A stretch of 63,872 nucleotides of DNA, the filler included, from Stramenopiles sp. TOSAG23-2 (taxonomy: Eukaryota): the NCBI GenBank assembly GCA_900128395.1. It is 6 parts of 6 records of this genome, joined end to end, with 100 filler letters (N's around TTAATTAATTAA, not from the genome) between each part and the next. Parts side by side here need not be neighbours in the genome. Positions count along the whole stretch, not along the records: positions 1 to 28,483 come from LT649399.1; 5 more parts are not named here. One strand, written 5' to 3'. Each line of letters begins with the position of its first letter. The first letter of the stretch is position 1. A model generated the notes under the pieces. The model was not told the origin of the DNA, did no database searches, and worked only from the letters and a program-made list of their open reading frames with translations. A program made the position numbers and the translations under genes. Below are positions 1 to 11,509 of the stretch, one piece after another.

Positions 1-209
1 TTGATATATTTGATAGGTCAGATTAGGTATTTTTTGTACTTGAGAGAAGGGCATTTCGCATGTTCGCATATCGTCATATCGTGCATCCCACGGCATTTTT
101 TCCAAAATCATAATATTATACCTGGTACAACAAGTAATGGTGCTAATATAAATTCAAAAAAATCAAAACAAAAGCAGCAGTTATAATTATATTAATACTA
201 GTAAGTAGA

Positions 210-431
210 AATAGAAATTGAAAGAAACCACTCCATCTCATCTAATGTTTAAAATACAAATACTAAAATATAAACAAACAGAACAAAAAAAAAAAAAATG
301 GCATCGTTAGTACAAAGGAAAATAGAAATTGAAAGAAACCACTCCATCTCATCTAATGTTTAAAATACAAATACTAAAATATAAACAAACAGAACAAAAA
401 AAAAAAAATGGCATCGTTAGTACAAAGGAAA
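210..431. repeat. ~110-bp exact tandem duplication covering the 5' leader and first codons of the 408..1655 gene
   Basis: AATAGAAATTGAAAGAAACCAC...ATGGCATCGTTAGTACAAAGGAA occurs twice back to back (about 210-320 and 321-431). Confidence 0.9.
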
Positions 432-1655
432 CCAAAGTTGTCAGTAAAAGGTAGTGGTTTAATCACGCCAACATCGTCAAGAAATAATAGTCCGAGCCGG
501 AAGGCAAATAATAATAATCATAAAAAAATAAAACCATCAACTGTAGACGGCAACAATAAGCCTATTAGTAGGATGCGAATGCGAAAAAAAAAGAAAAAGA
601 AAGATGCATTGGTAATCGAAGGTTCTACATCATCCAAAACCTTAGCAAATAAACCATCAACTACTAGAAATCTACGTCGCAAAAAAGTAAATAAGAAGAA
701 ACAAATTAAGCAATTAAAAAGTAGTATTGATAATACACAAGACGATATACGTGCTTTGATAGAAAAAGTTGCTGTTGAATTTGATAAAAATAATCCAGCG
801 TTAGGGCCTTGGAATGATAGCGATGACATTCCAGTAAGATCTGCAAGAAATAAAAATCAGAACGCAAAAACTAAAATCAAGGGTAACAGTAAGCAAAAAA
901 TTAACCGAAAAAAATTATCCTCGTCAATGGAGGAATATGATGACATCTTTGAAGCAAGGCGTATTGTTAATGGAATAAAATTGGATTTAATGATCGACGA
1001 GGATGATAATAGTAATATTGTTATTAATAGTATCCAAGAACATCAAGAAAAAAATGATAATGGGCAAAAACCACAGCCTGTAATAGAGAATGAGGAATTG
1101 AAGAGAGAAGAAGATGACATTAATCGCAGAACTAGATTACTACAATACGAAATGAATGAATTGAAAATAAGAAAAATACATTTATTAATTAATAAAAATA
1201 GAAATGATTTAGAAAATCAAGCTGTACAGACATATAAAAAAATTGATTTTGGAAGTAAAGAAAAAATTAATAAAAAAATTACATTGTTACGAGAGGATTA
1301 CACGGACAGATGTGAACAATTGAAATTACTAGAAAACGAACTAAGTAATAAAATACAGTTATTGACAAACATGAAACGCGCTGTAGAGAAGCAACGAATT
1401 TATTTTTTAGATTCATGCAAAAAGGAAGAAGCGTCAATTGAAGTACAACGATTGGAATATTTAGAAAAGTTTAAAAAAAATTTATTGATTGAAATGAATA
1501 AAAAATTACAAATAATCATCGATACTAATAAATGGAATGATCTTGTAATTGTTGGCAGCGAAAGTGATAAACCAGAGGAATCGAGTAAAGATGGGGATGA
1601 AAAATCAAGCCATGGAAGCCGTACCAAAATAACTGTTAGTAAAATTATATTTTAA
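408..1655 (+). CDS. hypothetical protein, Lys-rich N-terminus and coiled-coil C-terminal half
   Basis: 415-aa ATG ORF in AT-rich DNA; no family motif recognised. Confidence 0.7.
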   Translation: MASLVQRKPKLSVKGSGLITPTSSRNNSPSRKANNNNHKKIKPSTVDGNNKPISRMRMRKKKKKKDALVIEGSTSSKTLANKPSTTRNLRRKKVNKKKQIKQLKSSIDNTQDDIRALIEKVAVEFDKNNPALGPWNDSDDIPVRSARNKNQNAKTKIKGNSKQKINRKKLSSSMEEYDDIFEARRIVNGIKLDLMIDEDDNSNIVINSIQEHQEKNDNGQKPQPVIENEELKREEDDINRRTRLLQYEMNELKIRKIHLLINKNRNDLENQAVQTYKKIDFGSKEKINKKITLLREDYTDRCEQLKLLENELSNKIQLLTNMKRAVEKQRIYFLDSCKKEEASIEVQRLEYLEKFKKNLLIEMNKKLQIIIDTNKWNDLVIVGSESDKPEESSKDGDEKSSHGSRTKITVSKIIF

Positions 1656-1911
1656 AAAAAGACACTTCTATATATATATACGTCACATCTCATTTAAATA
1701 TATCATAATATATTTAAAATATTATTATAATCATTATTATATGATATGCATATCATATGATATATGATATATATCATAATATATAAATACGTATGTTACA
1801 CAAGTAAATATATAATATGACTGGTTTAAAATCTAAAATTTATATAAAAATTTTCTCTTACGCATAATTTATACGCGTATAAAGTTTTTTACTCCAGTAA
1901 ATATATATAAT

Positions 1912-1949
<38 letters not shown>

Positions 1950-2090
1950 GCATATTTAATTTACTCTTCGTAATATTTTGAAACAGAATTTATTAAAATA
2001 TTTTAAATATTAATCGGATCCTTTGATCTTTAACGCTGTCATATATACACATAACGAGTATATTTTGGATCGTACACCTCTCTGTACGTA

Positions 2091-4367
2091 TTAAACAGGA
2101 GATACATTAAATACATATTTATCATACTTTCGTCTTCCACCACCACCACCATTTTTAATATAATCGTATACTTGCACAACAACATTTTGTCCAACTGTTA
2201 ATGTTAAATTATTATCCACTTCTTTTGCATTTGAATTATTTTTCGCGTGTATTTCAACACATGTGCCATATCTTCCAAGTACACCATTTGTCTCAAATTT
2301 CGTATTATATATACCCTCTAAATCAGCTAACTCAACCTTTACAATTAAAGGTGGTGAATATAATCGAACATAAATTCTCCTTGATCTACGAAAATTCCCA
2401 CAATCAATACCAATAATACAACCTTTATGTCTTCTACGATCTTGCTTTCTTTTGATTAATACATCTTTTCCAAAGAATTGATCCATAACATATTTATGAA
2501 CTGTGCCCCCAATTCTTTTTTGTTGCTTCTTTGCACCCTCTGCCGTTTGTATTATTTTGTCTCTCAATGCTATATCTAATTTGTCGACTTTCATTTTTTT
2601 TGGTGGATGTATACCTTCATATAATTGCTCATGTGTGTAAACACCGACCAACTCACGCATTGGTGAAGAAAAGCGAGCGTAAGAATCTACTTTTAATGAA
2701 AAGTGTTGTGAGCGTGTGGTTTCGAAATGTGCACTCACGTTGGTTACCATTGCTTGTCGATCGATAGCCATCAATGCCCTTCTTTCTTTTTTTCTCAATT
2801 CTATACCACTGTCATTCTTTTCATAATTATTATCAGCATCTAAACGATGATGTAAATTCTTCAAATATTTCCCAAGCTTAACACCATCTTTTGAATTTTC
2901 CCAAAGAAACACTTTATCTAATTGATATAACTCAACCATTTGTTGGATCATCTTTACTAATGTATCTAACTGCCCCTGATTCGGTGCTTTTTGGGTTCTA
3001 AAAATGGGTTGAACATTGTTTCGACCTTGTTTTTTTTCATCATCATTCAATTTAGCCATTAGTTTCGCTCCTTCCATATTGCACAATAAACTAATTTGTT
3101 CATTGTAAAGTTCTGTTTTGTATTGTTTAAATACTCTAAATTGCAATTGTTTTAATTCTTCGTTATACGCAACACCACATTTCTCTCTATTATACTCCAC
3201 AACATTTCTATCACGAGCCAAACGCCTTCTTAATTGCCCTACAACTCTTAACATATCTAAAGTTTCAGTGTAAGGTTGATTTAAAAGCTCATGTTTTTTG
3301 CCCTGATCAATTGCATCATAATATTCCTGCGTTCTGCGATAAGATCCTTTCCATAACGATTTGATTTTACCCCATGAACATTCAGTTTTTAAAACATTTG
3401 CTTTATCATCTAGTGTAATATCAAATATCAGTGCACGTCGTATCACATCTTGATTCAACGACATTTTATCTTCCGATAATAACCGAGGCAACATTGGTAC
3501 ACACATTGTTGGCATATAAAATGAACTGCCACCCCGCATTAAAGCTTCATTAAATAATTTAGAATTAGATTTACAATAATAATAGCCATCTGCAAGCGCA
3601 TATGACACAAAGAAACCATCATTTTTGTTTGGCTCAATAAACATAGCTTGATCCAAATCCATTGAATTATCATTATCAATTGTAACATATGGACGTTTTG
3701 TAAAATCGACTAAAGATTCATCATTTAACCCCCCATTATTTTCAGAACATAATTTTTCAACAAATTTATTAGTTTCTTTTGAAAAATGAAGTTTCAAATT
3801 GAATTTTTTTAAAATGTTTTCTTTCAAAAAAGTTGCAACAGTTTGCGGTGGGGAACCAACAGGTAGTCGTTCATTTGCTTGTTTCAATTTTTTTTTTTTC
3901 TTTCTTCTATTCTTTCTTCTATTACGATTTGTATTAGAGTTTGAACCTGAGTTCCCATTACTACTATTGTTACTACTAGTACTATCGTTGCTGCTGCTGC
4001 TGCTGCTGTTATTTTTATTATTACGATTATTATTTTTTTTCTTTCTTTTATTTGTATTATTATCTGACTGATTTGCTTGTTGTCGAACAAATCCTTCTAC
4101 TTTTATGTTTCTTGTAGATAGACCTTCTATCGTTTTCCCATTTAAATCGCTTATTGCATTTCTAGCAGCTGCAATTGAAGAAAATTGAATTATCAAATAT
4201 CGATGACTTTTTCTGATTATCTTTGGTTTTACTTTGTCATTATCTTCATATTTCTTAAAATAATTTATTATGTTGAAATCTTTCGATAATTTTACTCTAC
4301 CAACAAATATTTTTTTTTCATCTTGTAATGATTCAGACGAATTATTATTGATTACAACTGATGCCAT
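2091..4367 (-). CDS. RNase II/RNase R family (RNB domain) exoribonuclease with N-terminal RRM-like domain
   Basis: YVTIDNDNSMDLDQA active-site motif, SFYMP..VPMLP..LSE..MSL, HFSLKVDSYARFSSPMR; N-terminal KIFVGRV...YLIIQFSSIAAARNAISDLNGKTI is RRM-like. Confidence 0.88.
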   Translation of the reverse strand: MASVVINNNSSESLQDEKKIFVGRVKLSKDFNIINYFKKYEDNDKVKPKIIRKSHRYLIIQFSSIAAARNAISDLNGKTIEGLSTRNIKVEGFVRQQANQSDNNTNKRKKKNNNRNNKNNSSSSSSNDSTSSNNSSNGNSGSNSNTNRNRRKNRRKKKKKLKQANERLPVGSPPQTVATFLKENILKKFNLKLHFSKETNKFVEKLCSENNGGLNDESLVDFTKRPYVTIDNDNSMDLDQAMFIEPNKNDGFFVSYALADGYYYCKSNSKLFNEALMRGGSSFYMPTMCVPMLPRLLSEDKMSLNQDVIRRALIFDITLDDKANVLKTECSWGKIKSLWKGSYRRTQEYYDAIDQGKKHELLNQPYTETLDMLRVVGQLRRRLARDRNVVEYNREKCGVAYNEELKQLQFRVFKQYKTELYNEQISLLCNMEGAKLMAKLNDDEKKQGRNNVQPIFRTQKAPNQGQLDTLVKMIQQMVELYQLDKVFLWENSKDGVKLGKYLKNLHHRLDADNNYEKNDSGIELRKKERRALMAIDRQAMVTNVSAHFETTRSQHFSLKVDSYARFSSPMRELVGVYTHEQLYEGIHPPKKMKVDKLDIALRDKIIQTAEGAKKQQKRIGGTVHKYVMDQFFGKDVLIKRKQDRRRHKGCIIGIDCGNFRRSRRIYVRLYSPPLIVKVELADLEGIYNTKFETNGVLGRYGTCVEIHAKNNSNAKEVDNNLTLTVGQNVVVQVYDYIKNGGGGGRRKYDKYVFNVSPV

Positions 4368-4719
4368 ATGTTTTGTCTATTTTAATATTATACCTGTCAC
4401 TGTTGTCATTGTCTATTAATAATGTTCACTTACAACAATTAAGTAGTGTATGTATGTATCTTATGATATCTTTATTTTATTTTATTTTAAAGATATTATC
4501 TTTCTTTTTCGGATTTGTTAGTGAAGAAAGTAAGATAGAAGATGATGAGTTGCGTGTTGCTAAAAAATAAAAAGATGAAAAGTGCAAAAGATTATCCAAT
4601 AATATCTAAAAACATGCATATTTATATACACACATGCATGCATACATACATATATATATATATATATATGCACATAGATAGATAGATAGATACGCACTTA
4701 TTACATACAATCAAACGAC

Positions 4720-5067
4720 ATGGCGACATGTTACCAAGTAGCAGGAGGTGGGGAGCATACGCTTATTGCATTGGATACTGGTGATGTGTATAGTTGTGGG
4801 AAAGGAATTGATGGTCAATTAGGAAATGCAACGGAGGAGCAAGTTCGAGAAACAAATTTAGTACCATCTAATGTAACAATACCAACGCCGATTGATGGTT
4901 TCAACGAAGTGATAATACATTTAGCAGCAGGTCAAAAACATAGTGCAGCATTATCAGCAGGTGGGACACTTTTTATGTGGGGTGATGCAAAAGATGGAAG
5001 ACTAGGGCATGGGCCACTACATCTTACGACAAAGATTTTGTTGTTGATCTATTTCAAATACATTTAG
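4720..5067 (+). CDS. RCC1-repeat protein, N-terminal fragment (truncated or chimeric)
   Basis: QVAGGGEHTLIAL..GDVYSCGKGIDGQLG and LAAGQKHSAALSAGGTLFMWG...GRLGHG are RCC1 repeats; the similarity breaks after GHGP. Confidence 0.8.
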   Translation: MATCYQVAGGGEHTLIALDTGDVYSCGKGIDGQLGNATEEQVRETNLVPSNVTIPTPIDGFNEVIIHLAAGQKHSAALSAGGTLFMWGDAKDGRLGHGPLHLTTKILLLIYFKYI

Positions 5068-5593
5068 AAGATGTTGTAAAGCTAAAAAATGCAATGACGC
5101 GAACCTGGAAACCAGATGGGAGTAACACAACATTTAATGTTGCCAATTTATTTGATGTTTTAGAGAAGTTAACAATGCAACAATTGTTATTATCGTATCA
5201 ACCGGCGTCTTAAAATTTCATTTTTCAATTTTATTGTAGTAGTAGAGAGCTAGATCTAGTATTATTATACCTGGTAATATTACCAGGTAATGTGTATTTA
5301 TTTTTTTTTACGACATCTTCTATCAGACAACAATACCATGTGCCCATTCCAGCATTACCATGTAGCACAATAATACAGCAGAGGTAATAATATTTTTTTT
5401 AAATATAATTTCAATAATAAATAATATATAATAATATAAATAATATTTCCAAAAAGCAAAAACAACAAACTAAAAACTGATATAAAAAAGAACAGCAACT
5501 TGTCAAATATATAATTCGTTAATCTTCATTGCTTTTATATATATACAAGTGTTAAAGTACGCATCGACAATATATATCCAACCATTAATTCAT

Positions 5594-6448
5594 ATGTCAG
5601 TGGAAAAATCATCCTTAACTAGGATTAAAAATAAATTTAGACAATCAAAAAATGATATAGTTCAAAGTCCAGCTATTAATACTAATGATTTGCCACAAAC
5701 GATGTATGGGATAATAACAGCAGAAGAATGGAGGAAACAAAATACAAAAAAGATGGGCGTTGCTGCAGGAAATCAAGAACATAATCAAGATAAGGATAAT
5801 GTAAAGATGAAAAAAAGAAAGAAGAAGAAGAAGAGGAAAAAAATTGTTTTGTCCTTTGATTTAAATGAGGATGAAGAGGATGATGAAATACAACCAAAAA
5901 AAAAAATAAAAATTATGAAATGCAATGATCAAGATATAGAAACTGATTTTCTGCCTGATGCAGAAAAAGAAAAGGAAGAAGAAGAGAGGCGCCAACAATT
6001 GCGAAAAGAATGGACAGAAAGGCAGGAAGCTATGAAAAATGAAACGTTAGAAATTACGTATAGTTATTGGGATGGAAGTGGACATCGAAAGAAAATACAA
6101 ATGAAAAAAAAATCGACTGTCTTGGAATTTTTAAATGCTGCTTGTAATGAATTGAGAGATAAATATCGCGAGATACGATTTTTACAAGGTGCAAATTTGT
6201 TATATATTAAAGAAGACGTCATTCTTCCACATGATTTAACTTTTTACGAATTAATTATAACGAAAGCAAGAGGTCTTACAGGGCCCTTGTTTCATTTTGA
6301 TGTACATGAAGATATTCGTTTAAAAGGAAATGCAAAAATTGATAAAGATGATTCCCATCCTGGAAAAATCGTTACTGCAAAATGGTATCAACGGAATAAG
6401 CATATACACCCATATAGTAGATGGATATATTATATGCGACCGACGTAA
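5594..6448 (+). CDS. XAP5: FAM50/XAP5 family nuclear (splicing-associated) protein
   Basis: LSFD, DIETDFLPD, LEITYSYWDGSGHR, LLYIKEDVILPH, ARGLTGPLFHFDVHEDIR, SHPGKIV..WY.RNKHIHPYSRW; first ATG at 5594. Confidence 0.93.
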   Translation: MSVEKSSLTRIKNKFRQSKNDIVQSPAINTNDLPQTMYGIITAEEWRKQNTKKMGVAAGNQEHNQDKDNVKMKKRKKKKKRKKIVLSFDLNEDEEDDEIQPKKKIKIMKCNDQDIETDFLPDAEKEKEEEERRQQLRKEWTERQEAMKNETLEITYSYWDGSGHRKKIQMKKKSTVLEFLNAACNELRDKYREIRFLQGANLLYIKEDVILPHDLTFYELIITKARGLTGPLFHFDVHEDIRLKGNAKIDKDDSHPGKIVTAKWYQRNKHIHPYSRWIYYMRPT

Positions 6449-6721
6449 AGAAATAAATTTACCACACGCGAAATTATTAATAAATATTACGAAGAGAGTA
6501 TATAAAATTTAAATATAATACTTCGTATATATATACTTCGTACGAATACAATACTTTACGAATAAATTATATTTAAGAGTATAATATATTCCCTCCCCCA
6601 GTAAAAATATTATCATACGTACGAATTCGTACTACAAATGTTCGGTATTATTTTAAAAATTAATACGACTGTTCGTATATCTTATTATTATTTATTAAAT
6701 TTTGATTTTTTTTACTATGCC

Positions 6722-7362
6722 TCACCTTGCACTTTGCGCTGTTCTATTTAATAATCTAGCATTACGCTCTTTAGAACTCAAATTGGCATTGATTGGAATA
6801 TATGGATTCGTTCGCATAAAATTTGGTGCATCCCTGGAAATACCACTATCAGATGGACCATTTATAACTTCCCCTATTCCAGATCGTTTCTCTTTATGCG
6901 CTGTCCGTGGACCAGAAGAGAGCCAAGTTGGATGCCCTTTTGATATAAAACTAGGATGTTGACCTCCACCAACTTCATTTCTTCTTAAATTATGTGTAAA
7001 TGACATTTTCTGTTGAGGACGCCCCCCAGTTAATTCGGAAACATTGACACCACGTGATTCATTATCGCCACTTACAGCTGAATCATCTAAGACCGCATTG
7101 GTTGGTTTACCGAAGCGATATTTCGACGTAATAATGATGCAGATGGCGGTGGCGGCGGCGGATGTAAACCAGGCGGTGTAGGCCTTGATTTCATTGATTT
7201 ATTAAAACCAGAAGTTCTTGGACTTAGACTTGCATTCATTAATTGTTGATTATGTTGATGTAAAGTGTTGAAATAATTTGTATTTTTAGTATTTCTCATA
7301 TAATTTCCATTACCATTTTTATCATGGCGATAAAACGTTTTAAAATTATCTGTTCTGACCAT
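6722..7362 (-). CDS. hypothetical low-complexity protein apparently split over two frames
   Basis: ORF 7087..7524 (Pro-rich) overlaps an open frame that runs into ORF 6722..7006 (..KPTNAVLDDSAVSG..MSFTHN..). Confidence 0.35.
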
Positions 7363-7719
7363 ATATCTATTTTGGTTGGACTTAAAAATACAATCGGACT
7401 TGTTTATGTATATATATATATATTGTTGTTGTTGTCGTCGTCTATCTATCTGCTCATCGTTAATAATTTTGGTTTGTACCTGACGACTGATATGTCTACA
7501 ATTTGGAGATGTGTCATATACCAATTTGTTGATGAATTACAGGTATATATGTCATATGTACAATCAAAGCTATTGCTAGCTATTTACCTGGTATTTATAA
7601 TTATTGGTAAAACAGACAAAAAATGCACGAAACTGAACTTGGTGCTATTCCATTGTAAGTTATAATTGTATTTTACCTTAAACATTTTATCGCGCTTTTT
7701 TAAGCTTTTAATTATAATA

Positions 7720-7749
7720 NNNNNNNNNNNNNNNNNNNNNNNNNNNNNN
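7720..7749. other. scaffold gap flanked by a ~115-bp duplicated sequence
   Basis: N run; GTAAAACAGACAAAAA...TTATAAT appears both before (about 7606-7718) and after (about 7783-7895). Confidence 0.9.
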
Positions 7750-8027
7750 TTTTTTTTAGTCATTTCTGTAAATTAATAATTTAGTAAAACAGACAAAAAT
7801 GCACGAAACTGAACTTGGTGCTATTCCATTGTAAGTTATAATTGTATTTTACCTTAAACATTTTATCGCGCTTTTTTAAGCTTTTAATTATAATATTATT
7901 AATAGTTTTAAATACTTTTTATAGTATACTTCGTATTATATTATAAAATATACATAATCATACTCTTTGATAAAAACTCTCCCTTCATACTCTCCCTTCA
8001 TATTATATATATATATATATAAACAAA

Positions 8028-9125
8028 TCAATAATCATCAAACTCTTCCCCATCCTTTGGTACGAATTTTGGATATCCTAATGTACATGAAAAATAACTA
8101 AATGCAGGTGGTTCTTTCACGGCTAATTTTTCCATTAATAATTCACGTTCACGTTCACGAACCATTATTGCTTCCTCGCGTTTCTTTGCACGTAAATATT
8201 CAGCTTGAACTTGTTTCCTTTGCCTTTCCGCACGTTGTGCAGCCATTAAATCTGCTTTCCTATGTCCACTTGCTTTTTCCAATTGTAACAATGCTTTTAA
8301 CCGCTTTTCTTCAATTGCTATTAATCGTTTCTCTTGTCTTAAACCGTCTAAATCACTAGCTTCCGCTAATGCTTTTAAAATGATTTCATTTTTTATTTTT
8401 GATTTACGTGATTTTAACATTTTTTCTCGTGCTGCTTCTTCTGCTAATCTAACCCTATTTTCCTCATCAATTCGTTCATTTTCAGCAACTTGATCTACTA
8501 AAAATGGCGATCGTTCCATTTTTCTTCTCCATGCATTTTCCTTCTTACGTTTAGCAGCAAGATTTTTCCTATAACGTTTTTCACGCTTTATTAACATTTG
8601 TTGTTTTACTTCATGGCGTTGCATAAAACGGTTTGACATGATACGTGCAGATTCCATACGTACTGCCATGCGTGGATCTGGCATACGATCTTCTGGATTC
8701 ATTTCAAAGTCGTCAATATATTCATCATCATCATAATTTCGTTGCGCTTTCTTCTTCTTCTTTTTCCTCTTTTTCTTTCCTTTTTTACCTTTTTTTCCTT
8801 TTTTTTTCTTTTTTTTTACACCACCATTTGTAGAGGTTGATATTTGACTGGAAGTTACACTATAGTTATCATCTTCATATTCTTCATCATCATAGTTATC
8901 TTCTTCCTCGTCTTTGTTATCTATAAATTCCTCATCGTCGTAATTGTCTTCATCTCCACCCTCCTCATTACTTCTATTATTGTTGTTATCATCATCATCA
9001 TCAAAACCTTCATCATCATAATTTTCATCGTCCTCATCATTGTTTTCACCTTCTTCGACTATTTCATCTTCCACATCTGAACCCATCACTTCTTCATCCA
9101 TTATATCTTCCTCTTCCGCACTCAT
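8028..9125 (-). CDS. hypothetical protein with acidic N-terminus, Lys tract and coiled-coil domain
   Basis: 365-aa ATG ORF; ordered helical C-terminal half (SPFLVDQVAENERIDEENRVRL). Confidence 0.75.
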   Translation of the reverse strand: MSAEEEDIMDEEVMGSDVEDEIVEEGENNDEDDENYDDEGFDDDDDNNNNRSNEEGGDEDNYDDEEFIDNKDEEEDNYDDEEYEDDNYSVTSSQISTSTNGGVKKKKKKGKKGKKGKKKRKKKKKKAQRNYDDDEYIDDFEMNPEDRMPDPRMAVRMESARIMSNRFMQRHEVKQQMLIKREKRYRKNLAAKRKKENAWRRKMERSPFLVDQVAENERIDEENRVRLAEEAAREKMLKSRKSKIKNEIILKALAEASDLDGLRQEKRLIAIEEKRLKALLQLEKASGHRKADLMAAQRAERQRKQVQAEYLRAKKREEAIMVRERERELLMEKLAVKEPPAFSYFSCTLGYPKFVPKDGEEFDDY

Positions 9126-9268
9126 TTTTTTTTTAATACGAAGAAGTTATGTATGTCTAATAATTATGGTAATATATATTGGTAGAATTGGAAATAGATT
9201 TACAAAAGAAAGTATGTATGTGTATATATCTACTTTTTTTTTCCCCTCCTTACACTTTTGTTAATAGT

Positions 9269-9995
9269 ATTACGTATATTTTTGTTGTTGTTGTTAACTT
9301 CTATATTTCTATGACCTTCATATAGTCTTGTGTTTTTTATTTACGTATATTTTTGTTGTTGTTGTTAACTTCTATATTTCTATGACCTTCATATAGTTTT
9401 GTGTTTTTTATTTGTAAAATATATTCTTCTATTTCACAACAGATATATTTTTATTATTCTTCTACAACGTCTCGCCAAGTTAAGATTAGGGTTTTAATTA
9501 CAAGGCATATAGAATTGATATTAGTGCTATATCTATATTAATGATTTGGTGATAGATGTGCGTGTGTCAAAATGCACAGGTCAAAACAGACCAATAGTAA
9601 TCCAGGCATAAAGGCAGGCGGCGAATAGTAATGCTATTCCTCCCTAAATTCCATTCTATCTCTAGTAAACGTATATTTTTGTTGTTGTTGTTAACTTCTA
9701 TATTTCTATGACCTTCATATAGTCTTGTGTTTTTTATTTGTATTAAATATATTCTTCTATTTCACAACAGATATATTTTTATTCTTCTTACAACGTCTCG
9801 CCAAGTTAAGATTGGGTTTTAATTACAAGGCATATAGCATTGATATTAGTGCTATATCTATATTAATGATTTGGTGGATAGATGTGCGTGTGTCAAAATG
9901 CACCAGGTCAAAACAGACCAAAAGTCAAAAAGGCAGGCCCGGGCAGGCGGCGAATAGTAATGCTATTCCTCCCTAAATTCCATTCTATCTCTAGT
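9269..9995. repeat. nested near-exact tandem duplications (~70-bp and ~325-bp units) in the divergent intergenic region
   Basis: ACGTATATTTTTGTTGTTGTTGTTAACTTC.. at about 9272, 9343 and 9669; a ~325-bp block occurs twice with small indels. Confidence 0.85.
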
Positions 9996-10214
9996 AATGC
10001 TATTCCTCCCTAAATTCCATTCTATCTCTAGTAATGCTATTCCTCCCTAAATTCCATTCTATCTCTAGTAATGCTATTCCTCCCTAAATTCCATTCTATC
10101 TCTAGTAATGCTATTCCTCCCTAAATTCCATTCTATCTCTAGTAATGCTATTCCTCCCTAAATTCCATTCTATCTCTAGTAATGCTATTCCTCCCTAAAT
10201 TCCATTCTATCTCT
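9956..10214. repeat. 7 x 37-bp perfect tandem repeat AGTAATGCTATTCCTCCCTAAATTCCATTCTATCTCT
   Basis: units start at 9956, 9993, 10030, 10067, 10104, 10141 and 10178; no spacers. Confidence 0.95.
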
Positions 10215-10445
10215 CCTAACCACTCGATCGACCACAGATATCCAAATTACAAAAAGAAGCAATGTGATAGACACTACAATAATAAGTATAAATATAGAAA
10301 TACTCATAGGAACTACCTCCCAACATTATTATTTAACACTACACAAGATACCAAGAATATACTAGATGTATTAAAAAATACATATATGAAATACATGTAA
10401 ACATACATATATATATACATCTAAGAATATATTGTAACAATTTAA

Positions 10446-11057
<612 letters not shown>

Positions 11058-11509
11058 TTGTATTGTTCTTGTAGAGAATAATTAGATATTGGTTACTTTT
11101 TGTATATATATATATATATATAGAAAATGTATAAAAAGAATAAATATTTTTATTTAAAATATATATATATATTTAACACTACACAGTATTGAAAAGTCTA
11201 CTCTACATGATTTTAAGGATATAGCTCTAGAGTCAGATATTACTGAATACAAAAAATCGAAGAAAGATACGAAAAGTTCGTGTACGAACGTAAAAGAGGA
11301 AATTCTCTTTCTTGATAACATTTTTCAAATTTTAATAAAAACACAAAGAGATATAAAATTAAAAAGAACAAAAACACACCCCATCATTTCTCCTTCTTCT
11401 ATTAAAAAGAACCAAAAAGACATATTTTTATATATTACAACACGCGCTCATTTTATGATATAGATTATACACACTGGCACACACACACACATCATATGCA
11501 TATCTTCTT

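Noticed and set aside
9956-10214. 37-bp repeat array as a CRISPR array
   Set aside because: Units are contiguous with no spacers, there are no cas genes, and the context is eukaryotic
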